Positions 1 through 11,271 of a stretch of DNA of 64,000 nt are shown piece by piece. The stretch's first letter is position 1. The number at the start of each line of letters is the position of its first letter. The translations under genes and the position numbers were made by a program. Under the pieces are notes generated by a model, which worked only from the letters and a program-made list of their open reading frames with translations, was not told the origin of the DNA and did no database searches. The DNA comes from the human T2T-CHM13v2.0 reference genome, Homo sapiens, in NCBI RefSeq assembly GCF_009914755.1, contig NC_060927.1; one strand, written 5' to 3'.

Positions 1-470
1 GTTAAATTAAGGATAGGTTGACACCAATACCTGTGAATTCACCTGTAGACCATGCAGCCTTTAGAGATTAAGTGTTATTTAAAGGCATTTCTGATGAATT
101 GTTTTTCAAAATCAATGTTTAAAAAAATGCGGTCCTCAAGCATGAGAAGGCTAACAGCCCATGCTCTTATTTAATCAGGACCTACAGTTAATCAAGTTGG
201 TTGTTGTCAGCTGAATTCTTCCTAAAACTAGGAGATCAAAAGAGATGGGCAAGGGAGCAACCCAGAGTGTGCAGTTCATTCATGAACTAACTTACTTTTC
301 ACTCAGAGAAAATGATACAAGCTTTGGGTCAGGTGCTCAAGTATTCATCAGAAGGTTGAAGAAAAGAGTCAACTACTAACAAGCCACTCTGTGAATATAG
401 TTTTTCTGTTTCTTACAAATGGCCAGGTCAAGATGTCCCAAAGGAAAAAAAAAATTTAGAAGGTGAAGTA

Positions 471-766
<296 letters not shown>

Positions 767-3700
767 TCAAGGTAGAAAATGCAGTTGCCAAGGGGTGCTT
801 CCCTCTTTAGTAATATAGGGGAAAGAAATACTTCTGTAGGCTGCCACCCTGGAAAAAAATGTTAGTACTGGAGTGTCATCTAGCAGTGTCCTGTTACGTT
901 ACTCAGCTCCTCTTCTATCAAACCTATTACCAGCTTCACAGGCTTGTGGGAAGGCTAAGTTAGACAACTTCCACCTAGTAAATCCTTTAGTGCAGTAACT
1001 GATAGTTGCTCTTGTCACTGCTACCAAATCCCTTCCCCACCCTCACCCCCACCAACAAAGTGGTCAATGCAATGAAGAGAAAGAGGAAAATGCAACTACT
1101 TTTTTTTCTTTTTAGGCTACAATGAGACATCTCCTATGGCTCTAAGAAGCTAGGAACATTCTGTGGTCTTTAGGAGAGCCATTTAGTGGCTGCAAATTTG
1201 GTCATTATAACAAGAAGAGTCCTGCCTGCTGTGCCTCACCCGTGCTCCAGAAATCACTCCGGTCTCTGACCTCTTCAATCTTCCCTGTTTTTATTTGGTG
1301 GTCGGTCCATGCCCTGCCCTGCTCTGAGCATTACTAACCCATAAGTGAGAGCTGGGAGGGGAGTCAGCCTCTAAAAACCCAGATAATTGTAGAGGTTAAA
1401 GCAGTTCACGGCATTATAATTAACTGCTGTATTAGGTGTTTTACAATCCTGACACCACCACAGACAGAAAATGTTTAATCAGAACTGAAAGCACCTTGGA
1501 ATTAATCCATTTTCATGGTGGAAATTGCAGTGAAGGTATGAAATCAGGCCCAGGCGGGAGAACTAGCCCATTTTCCTTGCAGGTTGCATGCTAGTCACTG
1601 TCTTTCCTACAGCTGGTTACAGCTTTACCACCCAGAACTTTCTATGCTGTGCAACAACTTTTTGTGACTACAGCAAAATCCATTTATCAGTCTTACCTGG
1701 AGTCAGGGTTCTCAACACGATTTCACCTATCAGAATTCTGTAAGCCACAACCTGTCTACAAAAACAGCCTAGCATGTGGCCAGGTCAATCTGGAATGAGG
1801 CTTATGTCACCCAGTACTGACACTGATGCATCCCCTCTGATCCTCCCAGCAAAGGCACTGAGGATCACCTGTCCCCGCTCCCCCTGGCTAGCACACCTGA
1901 CTGAACAACAGGAAGAAAGGAGGAGCTGGCCATATTCCAAGGTGTCTGAGCCCTGAGTTACAACTGCTTCCTGCTCTGTGATTCCATCCATAGGGCCCAT
2001 AGCAAAACACCTGCCACAAAATTGACAGTCCCCAAGTGGTTACTCTTTTACAGGCACCATCATTTTGCTACTGGGCTGGGACAAGTTACTTACCTGCTCA
2101 AATATCTTACTTTCTTTATTACAAAAATAACCTTGTGGGACTTAGGTAAGAAACAGAGGTAACAGATATAGGATGCCTAGGACATGGTATGTGCCTGAAA
2201 TCATGAATGAGCAGCATCGTGCAACAGAGGGTGCTCACAGGTGTCTGCTTGTATTATTGCAACAAATATTTGATAAACTTTGTCCTAGAAACAGAATAAA
2301 GATGGTCCTCTGGATTGAATAACTGCATTGGTGTGCTCAGACAAATATATTTGTTGATTTCCAAGCCTCTGAACTTTTGCACAGGCAAACATTACATAAT
2401 TAATTATATTTAATAAAAGTTAGAAACCTCAAAAGATATATTATTTAAGTCAAACTTTAGTGCTTACTTTAAGAATAGGATGTTTTGTCCTTGGTGGTGA
2501 CTACCTTGCAGGGAGCCCATTTGGACAGGTTGTACCCATTCTGCAAACAATAGATTTCTGCCTGTCACTGCCCAGCTGATGGACAATTTAAAAATGGTTT
2601 CTAGTACCTGTGAATTGCAGAGCTACCTATGCAAACACTTTACCGTCTCCTAATAAGAAGCAATGAGGTCTGCAATGCAATCAGGTCTGGAGGGTAGCCG
2701 GGTAATCTATTTGCACAGTGTGTCTGTCCCTGTCTGTGAAGGTGTTTATTTTTAGCTCTCCACTGTTTCTAGCACCATCCCTCCTTTGGAGCCTGACAGC
2801 CCATTTGAGGGGCCTTAAACAAGCTGTTGAAAGCAAGAAACTGCTGAAAGTAGGAGGCAGCCGAGCAGCCAAGAAGGTGATTAGAGCAGGATTCACCTTA
2901 GGTGTCCGAGGTAGAAAGGTGGATTCACCTTCGGCTTCGACAGAGTGTCAAGCAAGTTGGTCAACAAACTTTTAAAAGCCAGCCCCAGTGACACTCGCCT
3001 GGAGCTTTAAAGAAATAATGCCTCAGAGGACCTTGGAGTGTGAGGGCCCCTGGGTACAAAGGATGGCACTGGGCATGTGACTTCTCACAAATGGCAGCAA
3101 GCTAGACTCCTGAGCTCAGACTGCAAATGCCAAGGGCAGAAGCAGGAAAAGAAACCCTGAGTCAGTGACGTTTCCACAGGGCCAGCTGGTTGGTGCCTGT
3201 TTGGGCTAATTTGGGGCATCAGGAGGTCTGTGCTTAAGGTCACATTCATAATCGTGATAGTTAGTGTCAGAAGGTGACACAACCCAGACAGTCCCTGGAC
3301 ACCTGCAGGGGACAGAGCTCCAAGGTTATGAAAGTCAGCAATGACAGATCTTGGAGCAAGTTAAGTCCCACAGGGTCAAATTCTTTGCAGCAATGAAGGT
3401 AAAAGAGGCTGAGGACATTGCCTTTCTAAGTGGTACCAAGTACACTGAGTGCCCTAGATAAATATTAAATAGCAGTGATGACATCATACCACATCAAGTG
3501 TGTCGTTAGGACTCAGTAAGTCTGGTTGAGCCAGCTCAGTGTGACCATCAGCAGAGGGCCTGACCCCAAGGATTTTTAGTGTGGAAGGGGAAAATGGGAA
3601 GCAAAACAGCAAATACCAGAGACTGTAAGAGCAGCTGCATCTCTCAGGCCTCCCAGGCCCACAAAAGAGTTCATGACCACAAGCACTGGTCAGCAGGCTC

Positions 3701-4211
3701 TCTGCCTGGGTGTTTTGATTTACAGCAGGCACAAAACTGCAAGTAGTTTCACAGAGTACCCAGGGGAGGCAAAGGAGATGAGGGACCTTCCTCACCAAGG
3801 TTCACAATCATATATGGCCCTTTAACTGGGAGGCACTTAAAGCCTTGGAGGCAACGGAGAAGCAAGTGGGGAGTTGACTTCTCAAGAACATCACAAAGGA
3901 AGAAATACCCTGCTGGTAGATGTTGCAGAAAGTATTCTCAGCTAATGGTGGGGTTTTGAGGAGTTGCAGAAACCAAACATTGACCTCTGAAAATGGTGGA
4001 GCATTTTCCCTGAGAGTTTCTTGGATTCTTCTTTCTGTGCCCAATCTTCAGGTGGTGGGGTATCCATCAAGAGGTGGAATGATTTGTCCAGGTCATGCAG
4101 CCAATCTGGCTGAACCCTGTCATATCTCTTAGCTGATGGTGAAATGTTTTGGACCTCTAACTCTAAATAAGTGACATAACTGAACATCAAGTCACTGAAA
4201 GCTAGGGGTCA

Positions 4212-4425
4212 GTCATGGGAAGAGCATGGACTTTGGAATCAGAGTGAACTTGGACTCAAACAACAACTCCACATTCACTAGCTCTGGGACCTTGGCAGAG
4301 TCGTTTAGCCTCTGAGTCTCAGGCTTCATGTGTATAATGTGGAGAAAATACTGCCAGCTTTGTCAGGCTAAGAGAGAATGTGTGTCAAGCACTTAGTACA
4401 GAATCTGGCAGAGTTGCCATTCAAT
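4212..4425 (+). mobile_element. MIR SINE
   Basis: AGAGCATGGACTTTGGAATCAGA...CTAGCTCTGGGACCTTGG...GCCTCTGAGTCTCAG MIR core pattern. Confidence 0.75.
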
Positions 4426-5559
4426 TAACTGCATTTATCAATCCATGTTAATTGCAATGAAAACCAACAGGGAATTAGAACCAAAATAGCTATCTTTCAG
4501 GTCAGAATCTACTGATGAACTGAAACAGAGGAAGAACCTACAATTGTAGACTGTGTTTTAAGGTGCCTAACATCATGGCAACTATTTAAGTATGTATGGT
4601 GGATAATTCTCTAGAGTTGTATGTTAAAAGTGAACATCATTATCTCCTAAATATTTACAAGTTAATCCATTACATGAAAGGGTAAGAGAAAATAAAAGAT
4701 TCTAGGCCAACGAAAAGAACTGTGTATGGGTAGGTGTTTTTTTCAACCAAACTGAGAATGTGGATAGGGAAAAATAAATGAGAACAAGAGAGACCATAAA
4801 GATACGATACTTCCAGCTCTGAGTAATGCAAATTGGAGAGGAGGACGGATTCCAACAACTGGGATAGATCAGAAGGGAAGAGAAGAATAGAAACCACTTG
4901 GCAGAAGATCTGAGAGTCAACAGCTACCACAAAGGTGGAGGTGAGTCTCTGGAGACATCCAGTCTCCACCTGCTGCCTCACAGCGTGATCTTCTGTGAAG
5001 TGGGAATCACTAGTGCTACTAGAACAAAGAGCCCATGCGGGCAGCCAAGCAGCATCCATCTGCTCAAGCTGGAAGCAGGAGACATGGGGAACACACAGGC
5101 TATTAAATATAAATAACCCGTATCGTCATAAATATTTTATATGGCTGCATACAGAGAAGGTACCATATTTTATACCCTCGCTGTGAATCTAAATATTTTA
5201 TTGTTGCCAATTTTGCCATTGACCTCAGCTACAGTGAGGTATTTGTGGAGGTTGACATTATTTGGTTATATGACCAATGATCATTCCTGTTACCATGTGA
5301 CATGATCATCTCTCCCGAGGAAATAATGGGCATCCATTGGCAAACACTGGACACTGATGGGTTTGTTTGCTTTTAAGTGATTCTGAGAGATGCACAAGTA
5401 TGTGCACATATTAAGGAGAGGGTTTACTTTTAGAATGAAGAAACTTGAGGAAACTTATTAAGGAAGTAGCTTTCTGTGCTTGATTCAAATGAATAAAAGA
5501 CAATACATTTCTGAGTGGGAGCCTTGAAAAGATTTCTATTTTGTGTAAAATGAGAGTGA

Positions 5560-5990
5560 ATTAATACACAAAATGTGCTATATCCATATGATGGAATAGT
5601 ATCTTGTGACAAAAAGAAACACAGTACTGATATATGCTCCAACATGAATGAGCCTCAAAAACATGCTAAGTGGAAGAAGCCAGACCAAAAATAAGAACAT
5701 GTATAATTCCATTTATATGGAATGTCCAAAACAGGCAAATCCATAGAGACAGAAAGTCAGTCCCAAAGCAAGAGGGTCTCAACAAGAATCAAAATCCCAA
5801 CCTTGCCTAATGTCAGAGTGGAAAAGGGGAATAATTAATAATGTGCATTGTGGTTTCTTTCTGGGAGAATAGAAATGTTCTAAAATCAGATTGGGGTAAT
5901 AGTTGGACAACTCTATAAATATAACAAAAGCTGAAATGTGCACTTAAAATAGATGAATTTTATGGAATATAAGTTATATTTCAAACTGTT
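5560..5990 (+). mobile_element. Old L1 (L1MB/L1ME) 3' end fragment
   Basis: Typical L1M 3' motifs CATGAATGAGCCTCAAAAACATGCTAAGTGGAAGAAGCCAGAC and ATCCATAGAGACAGAAAGT; carries a 43-bp foreign insert. Confidence 0.8.
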
Positions 5991-7027
5991 AAGGTGGAAA
6001 AAGGAGTGTGACTTTGGCTGGATGCTACTGGAAGACCTCTTTGGAAAAAAGGTAGGGATATACGTTTTGAAGCCTCCCAGAAAGGTAATAAAATGGGGGC
6101 ATGGGGACTGGAAGGCTGAACTGTGGACTCTGTTCCTCATGATTACAGAAGCATCCTTCATCCCCTGACAAAGATGTGACCACAGTTCCCACCAGTTTGC
6201 CCTGTTCATATCTGGATACGTGTCCTTGTATGTGCTGAGACAGATGATCCAGCTAAAGGGAGAGTGAGCAAAATAAAACTAGATCAGACCAGTCTCACAG
6301 GGTGGGGAGGGGAAGCATTAATAGCACCAAAAGGAAAGAAAACTGGATCACAGGTGGCACAGTCCCAAGGCAAGAGGGTCTCACCAGGAGTCAAAAGTCC
6401 AAATTGAGTGTAAGCCAGAGACAGCTGTAATACAAGTAGCTTTGAGTTCTGGTAGCAGCAGAGAGCAGAGGTGTCAGGGGTCACTGCACAGCACAGTAAG
6501 ACGTGCCGCGCGCTGCATCCTCCTGTCAGTGTGACATCCTGCCAGAAGCTGCAATCCAGCTGATTATTCATAAATAGGATTGGGAAACACACTTGGGTAT
6601 TTTTCCCCATCTGTCTAATTAAATGGTAAGTCCCAAAAGGCAGAGACCAAGTTGAGCTCCAGCTTGTGCTCTCAGCATAGTTTTTGGTGCTGGATAAATA
6701 GCAAACAGTAGTCTTGGAAGAAAAGACTAGCATTTTCCACAGGGCCTTTGTAGCTGACGTGAAAAGAAGCCCTTTGAGTGGAGTTGCAGAAGTTCCTCAT
6801 TGTTTACTTATTTCTTAGTAAGAGGCTCACTCTTGTCAATCACATTTTTCATTTGTAGTAAACTAAGCTGACTGAGGATTATAAATGAAATAGTTTCATG
6901 TTGGAGTATAACCATGTAAAGCCTCAGATGGGAAGTAGTTCTTGTTAAAACTAAGAAGCAACTGAGGAGTCACTGCCTCACATCACTTCCTCTAGAAAGG
7001 GCTGGCCCAACTCAACCCAACACCTAG

Positions 7028-7125
7028 AGAGGTGCTGTCCAATAGAACTTTCTGCGATGTGGACAGGCCCTATGACATAGAAGACATATGTAGCTAGTGG
7101 CTGCCATACTGGACAACACAGCACT
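7028..7125. mobile_element. MER3-like hAT-Charlie MITE, internally deleted
   Basis: TGCTGTCCAATAGAACTTTCTGCGATG at the left end, TAGCTAGTGGCTGCCATACTGGACAACACAG at the right end (inverted termini). Confidence 0.65.
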
Positions 7126-7212
7126 ATAGGCTTTTTAGTACAGAAGATTCCGCAGCTTTTTGACAACGTGCACTGAAGTTTATTCTTATATAACAGTGAC
7201 AAATTGACATTA

Positions 7213-7367
7213 GGTGGCGGGCACCTGTAGTCCCAGCTACTCGGGAGGCTGAGGCAGCAGAATGGCGTGAACCAGGAGGCGGAGCTTGCAGTGAGCTGAG
7301 ATTGTGCCGCTGCACTCCAACCTGGACGACAGAGCGAGACTCCATCTCAAATAATAATAATAATAAT
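7213..7367 (+). mobile_element. AluY right-arm fragment with (AAT)n tail
   Basis: AGAATGGCGTGAACC...GGAGCTTGCAGTGAG (AluY diagnostic positions); tail AATAATAATAATAATAAT. Confidence 0.9.
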
Positions 7368-7382
7368 ATCATGTTGATCTGT

Positions 7383-8230
7383 CAATTCAACAAGTATTTA
7401 CTGTGGACTTTCTAAGCGCCAGGTCCTGCTCTAAACTATGGAGCTATCTCTGTAAAAAAAAAAATACAAATAAAAAAAAAACTGGCAAGGCTCTTGATTT
7501 CAAGAAGTTTATAATCTAATGTGTAGAAATAAACAAGAAATATGAAGCAAATAAAGGCATGGTTATAAATAATAATCAGTGTTTTCAAGGAAGCACAGGG
7601 AGTGTTGAGAGGGAGATTGAGCTTCTTTCAAGGCAGAAGTCAGGGAATGTCTACCCAAGGAGGTGGGATGGAGGCTTCAGTTGGAGAAATGGGTGAGAAG
7701 GATTGTTTTAGGCAGAGGGAACATCATAGCAAGAAACCCCAGGTGGGAAAGAGCTTAATGTGTTTGAGGAACTAAATTAAGGCCAGTGTGGCTGGAACAC
7801 AGTGGGTGAAAGGAGAAAGGAACAAGATCATGTTGATAGGTTGGGCAGGAGTCACTTGTACTGACTCTATTTCCAGTATATCAGAAGGTCTTGGGAGGAT
7901 TTCAAGAAGAATGACATCAATCAGATATAATGTGAAAGTTTACTCTGACTGCAAAATAGAGAGTACTTGGAGAGGGGCGAGAGAGAGTAGGGACACCAGT
8001 TAGGAGGCTGCTATGGTCAAAAAGTGAAAGGCAGCTGGCGATGCTATAATCTAAGACATGAGCTGAGCCATGAAGATGATGGAAGTGGAGTGGATTTGAG
8101 AAATGATTCAGGAGGAGTAATAGAACTGAATGATTGATTGGACATTAGAGCAAGAAGATGGAGAACTCAGAAATACTTCTCAGGTTTCCAGGCTGAGAAA
8201 CTGGTAGACTTTGGCCTCATTGGCACTATT
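7383..8230 (-). mobile_element. L2 LINE 3' region
   Basis: TCAATTCAACAAGTATTTACTG (reverse complement of L2 3' end) followed by purine-rich L2 body motifs such as AGGCCAGTGTGGCTGGAACACAGTG. Confidence 0.75.
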
Positions 8231-9906
8231 GGGAATGGAATGCAGATCTCTCTTCCCACACTAATTCTTTGTTGACTCTGCACGCCCACAGTTTTTTTCC
8301 TGATCATGGAAGGCTGGTGATAACAGGGACTGAACACGACCATCCCATTTAGCACCGAGGCATTTCTGTTTCCAGACCTATCACTTTAAAGCATCTTTTA
8401 CCCCTGAAGCAAGAATGAGCTTGAAAAACATTTTATATTAAAAAAATAAAAATAAAATGCCTGTTACATAATGGCTTCATTTAACTCTAAAATCCATCGT
8501 GTTATAGAACTAGAAACTTCTAGAGGGTTTGCTTCATTGGTTCCCAATTTTTCAGAAATGTGGGACCCCTCTGTAACAGTGAAGTCCGCCTCTCCGTATC
8601 ATGGTAATAAAACTGTCTATCTGCTTCATTTAAATGAGATATGGGCTGAAAGAAAGATGCTAAACACATAGCCTCTGTGGAATTAGATTAAATTTTCCAT
8701 TTAACCTGCTGAGATTATGAAAACAGTCTGACCCACAGGGCTGAGGGAGTTGCAGCAATTACCATCCCGTTAAGAGTTACAAAAACAGTGGGATTTTTGC
8801 AAAATCATTGCCCCAGGCTTTATATCACCAGCTTTCGAACTATGTCCCAGAAAGATTAAGTACTTACTTAAATTTAAGGGACTACTTAAAGAAACCACAC
8901 CCTCCTACTTCTTGACTCCCACTTAGCCTCACTATGCAAGGGTGAAGGGAGAGTCTGCAGCCAGGTTGAGTAATATTTTTCTCATCCTGAATCCTGCGCA
9001 GCCCATCTCCTTTTTCTGTGCCTGATAGAACACTTACCATGGGTCCGGCAGGGACTGTACCAAGACCCTTCATGCATTATTTCATTTAATCTTCACAAAA
9101 ATTTCATGAGATAAGCTTTCTTTTTTTATGTTATTAATAAATGAGGATATGATACTTTAAGTTTTAAAGAATAAGCATTTTATTTTTGGTACATATTTAT
9201 TGATCAAGAACTACGTGGTGACAAAAGTGCTATAAATTTTAGTGATTGTAGATGAATTTGTATTTCATTCATTCCAACAATCTCTATCTGCTTGGGAAAT
9301 TAGTTACCATGTCATTCATTTAATATTTAAACAGTATGTAGAATGTTATGGGTTTGAGGCTTCTTGCAATTAATTATTATGGCCCCCCCCACCAGGGGTC
9401 CTTGGGTCATGATTGACATATTCTGATCAAACCAAAACTACTTGTTCTAGATTAGAAAATTGGACTTTAAAGAGGACAAGTGACTGGGCCAAGGGCACAG
9501 AACTTGTTGATAACAGAGTGGAGGCATGCACCTGGTCCTTCCATCTTTCCATTCACAATCTTTGCCACTATAGCTTCTGCCCTTATAAGGTGAAGATACT
9601 AGAAAAAAAGGTGATTACATCAGGACTGGTGGGAGAGTTGTAAATGCTATGAAGAGGAGTTGCCTAGAGATTTCTGCAGAGAAGGATCGTGAGGCCCAAT
9701 CTGTACTTACTGGAAAACAGTGCAGTGATTGATTAATAATGTCTACCATGAGTTCATGTTTGGGAGTTAAGTCACATGTGCTATGTATTTGAATGTGACT
9801 GGGTCAAGTCTTTGTGGCTTTTAGGTGGCTTTAGGCTGGTTATCCTCATGGCATGGAGCTGTGCTCCATTTTCTTCATGGTGGTCCTGGCCATAAAAGCC
9901 TTAAGA

Positions 9907-10070
9907 AGTCTGGCGTAGTGGCATACAGCTGTAGTCCCAGCTATTTGGGAAGCCGAGGCAAGAGGATGGCTTGAGGGCAGGAGTTCCAGGCTGTAGTGTG
10001 CTATGATGGCACCTGTGAATAGCCACTGCTCTCCAGCCTGGGCAACATAGCAAGACCTTGTCTTTAGAAA
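9907..10070 (+). mobile_element. FAM (fossil Alu monomer)
   Basis: Single monomer retaining the 7SL-derived segment GTGCTATGATGGCACCTGTGAATAGCCACTGC that dimeric Alu arms lack. Confidence 0.85.
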
Positions 10071-10233
10071 AATATAATTTTTTTAAATTGGACTTTTAAA
10101 AAGTCTTTAGAAAAGACCAACAGAATTCCACTAGCTCTGGGCACTGAAGGAAAATTTCCATCTCCTTTCCATCTTACTCACCAGCCTATGTTATTTTGCT
10201 ACAATCAGATACTAGTAAAAAAATTCTACGCAG

Positions 10234-10701
10234 TTAAAAATTGAGCACTGTTGCAGTTCCTAGATGGCTGAATAGGAACAGCTCCAGTCTATAGCTCCCA
10301 GCATGAGTGACGCAGAAGATGGGTGATTTCTGCATTTCCAACTGAGGTACCGGGTTCATCTCACTGGGGCTTGTTGGACAGTGGGGGCAGGAGAGTGGGT
10401 GCAGTGCACTGAGCCTGAGCCGAAGCAGGGCGAAGCATCGCCTTACCTGGGAAGTGCAAGGGGTCAGGGAATTCCCTTTCCTAGCCAAGCAAAGCTGTGA
10501 CAGATGGCACCCAGAAAATCGGGTCACTCCCAACCTAATACTGTGCTTTTCCAATGGTCTTAGCAAACGGCACGCCAGGAGATTATATCCCGTGCCTGGC
10601 TCAGAGGGTCCCACACCCATGGAGCCTTGCTCATTGCTAGCATAGCAGTCTGAGATCAAACTGCAAGGCAGCAGCGAGGTGGGGGGAGGGGCGCCCCCCA
10701 T
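10234..10701 (-). CDS. L1 ORF0 homolog (antisense), open for 155 codons
   Basis: MGGAPPPTSLLPCSLISDCYASNEQGSMGVGPSEPGTGY... matches L1 ORF0 (MAGAPPPASLPPCSLISDCCASN...); part of ORF 10234..10812; expression unknown. Confidence 0.6.
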   Translation of the reverse strand: MGGAPPPTSLLPCSLISDCYASNEQGSMGVGPSEPGTGYNLLACRLLRPLEKHSIRLGVTRFSGCHLSQLCLARKGNSLTPCTSQVRRCFALLRLRLSALHPLSCPHCPTSPSEMNPVPQLEMQKSPIFCVTHAGSYRLELFLFSHLGTATVLNF

Positions 10702-11271
10702 TGCTGAGGCTTCAGTAGGTAAACAAAGCAGCCAGGAAGCTTGAACTGGGTGGAGCCCACCACAGCTCAAATGGGCCTGCCTGCCTCTGTAGACTCCACC
10801 TCTGCAGGGCATAGCTGAACAGAAGGCAGCAGAAACCTCTGCAGACTTAAATGTCCCTCTCTGACAGCTTTGAAAAGAGTAGTGGTACTCCTAGCATGGA
10901 GTCTGAGATCTGAGAACGGACAGACTGCCTCCTCAAGTGGGTCCCTGACCCCCGAGTAGCCTAACTGGGAGGCACCCTCCAGTAGGGGCAGACTGACACC
11001 TCACATGGCAGGGTACCCCTCTGAGACGAAACCTCCAGAGGAACGATCAGGCAGCAACATTTGCTGTTCAGCAATATTCACTGTTCTGCAGTCTCTGCTG
11101 CTGATACCCAGGCAAACAGGGTCTGGAGTGGCCCTCCAGCAAACTCCAACAGACCTGCAGCTGAGGATCCAGACTGTTAGAAGGGAAACTAACAAACAGA
11201 AAGGACATCCACACCAAACCCCATCTGTAGGTCACCATCATCAAAGACCAAAGGTAGATACAACCACAAAG
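10250..11271. promoter_or_regulatory. L1 5'UTR with sense and antisense promoter region; retains the 129-bp ZNF93-target segment (~11015-11143)
   Basis: 5'UTR ~1.02 kb, longer than L1HS; segment CTGTTCTGCAGTCTCTGCTGCTGATACCCAG present; YY1 site altered (TAGATGGC instead of AAGATGGC at ~10261); many CpGs decayed. Activity cannot be shown from sequence. Confidence 0.7.

Noticed and set aside
4670-5059. 129-aa minus-strand ORF and a strong GAG|GTGAGT donor at 4941 (+)
   Set aside because: No recognisable protein similarity, no poly(A)/TSD suggesting a retrocopy, and no convincing nearby acceptor
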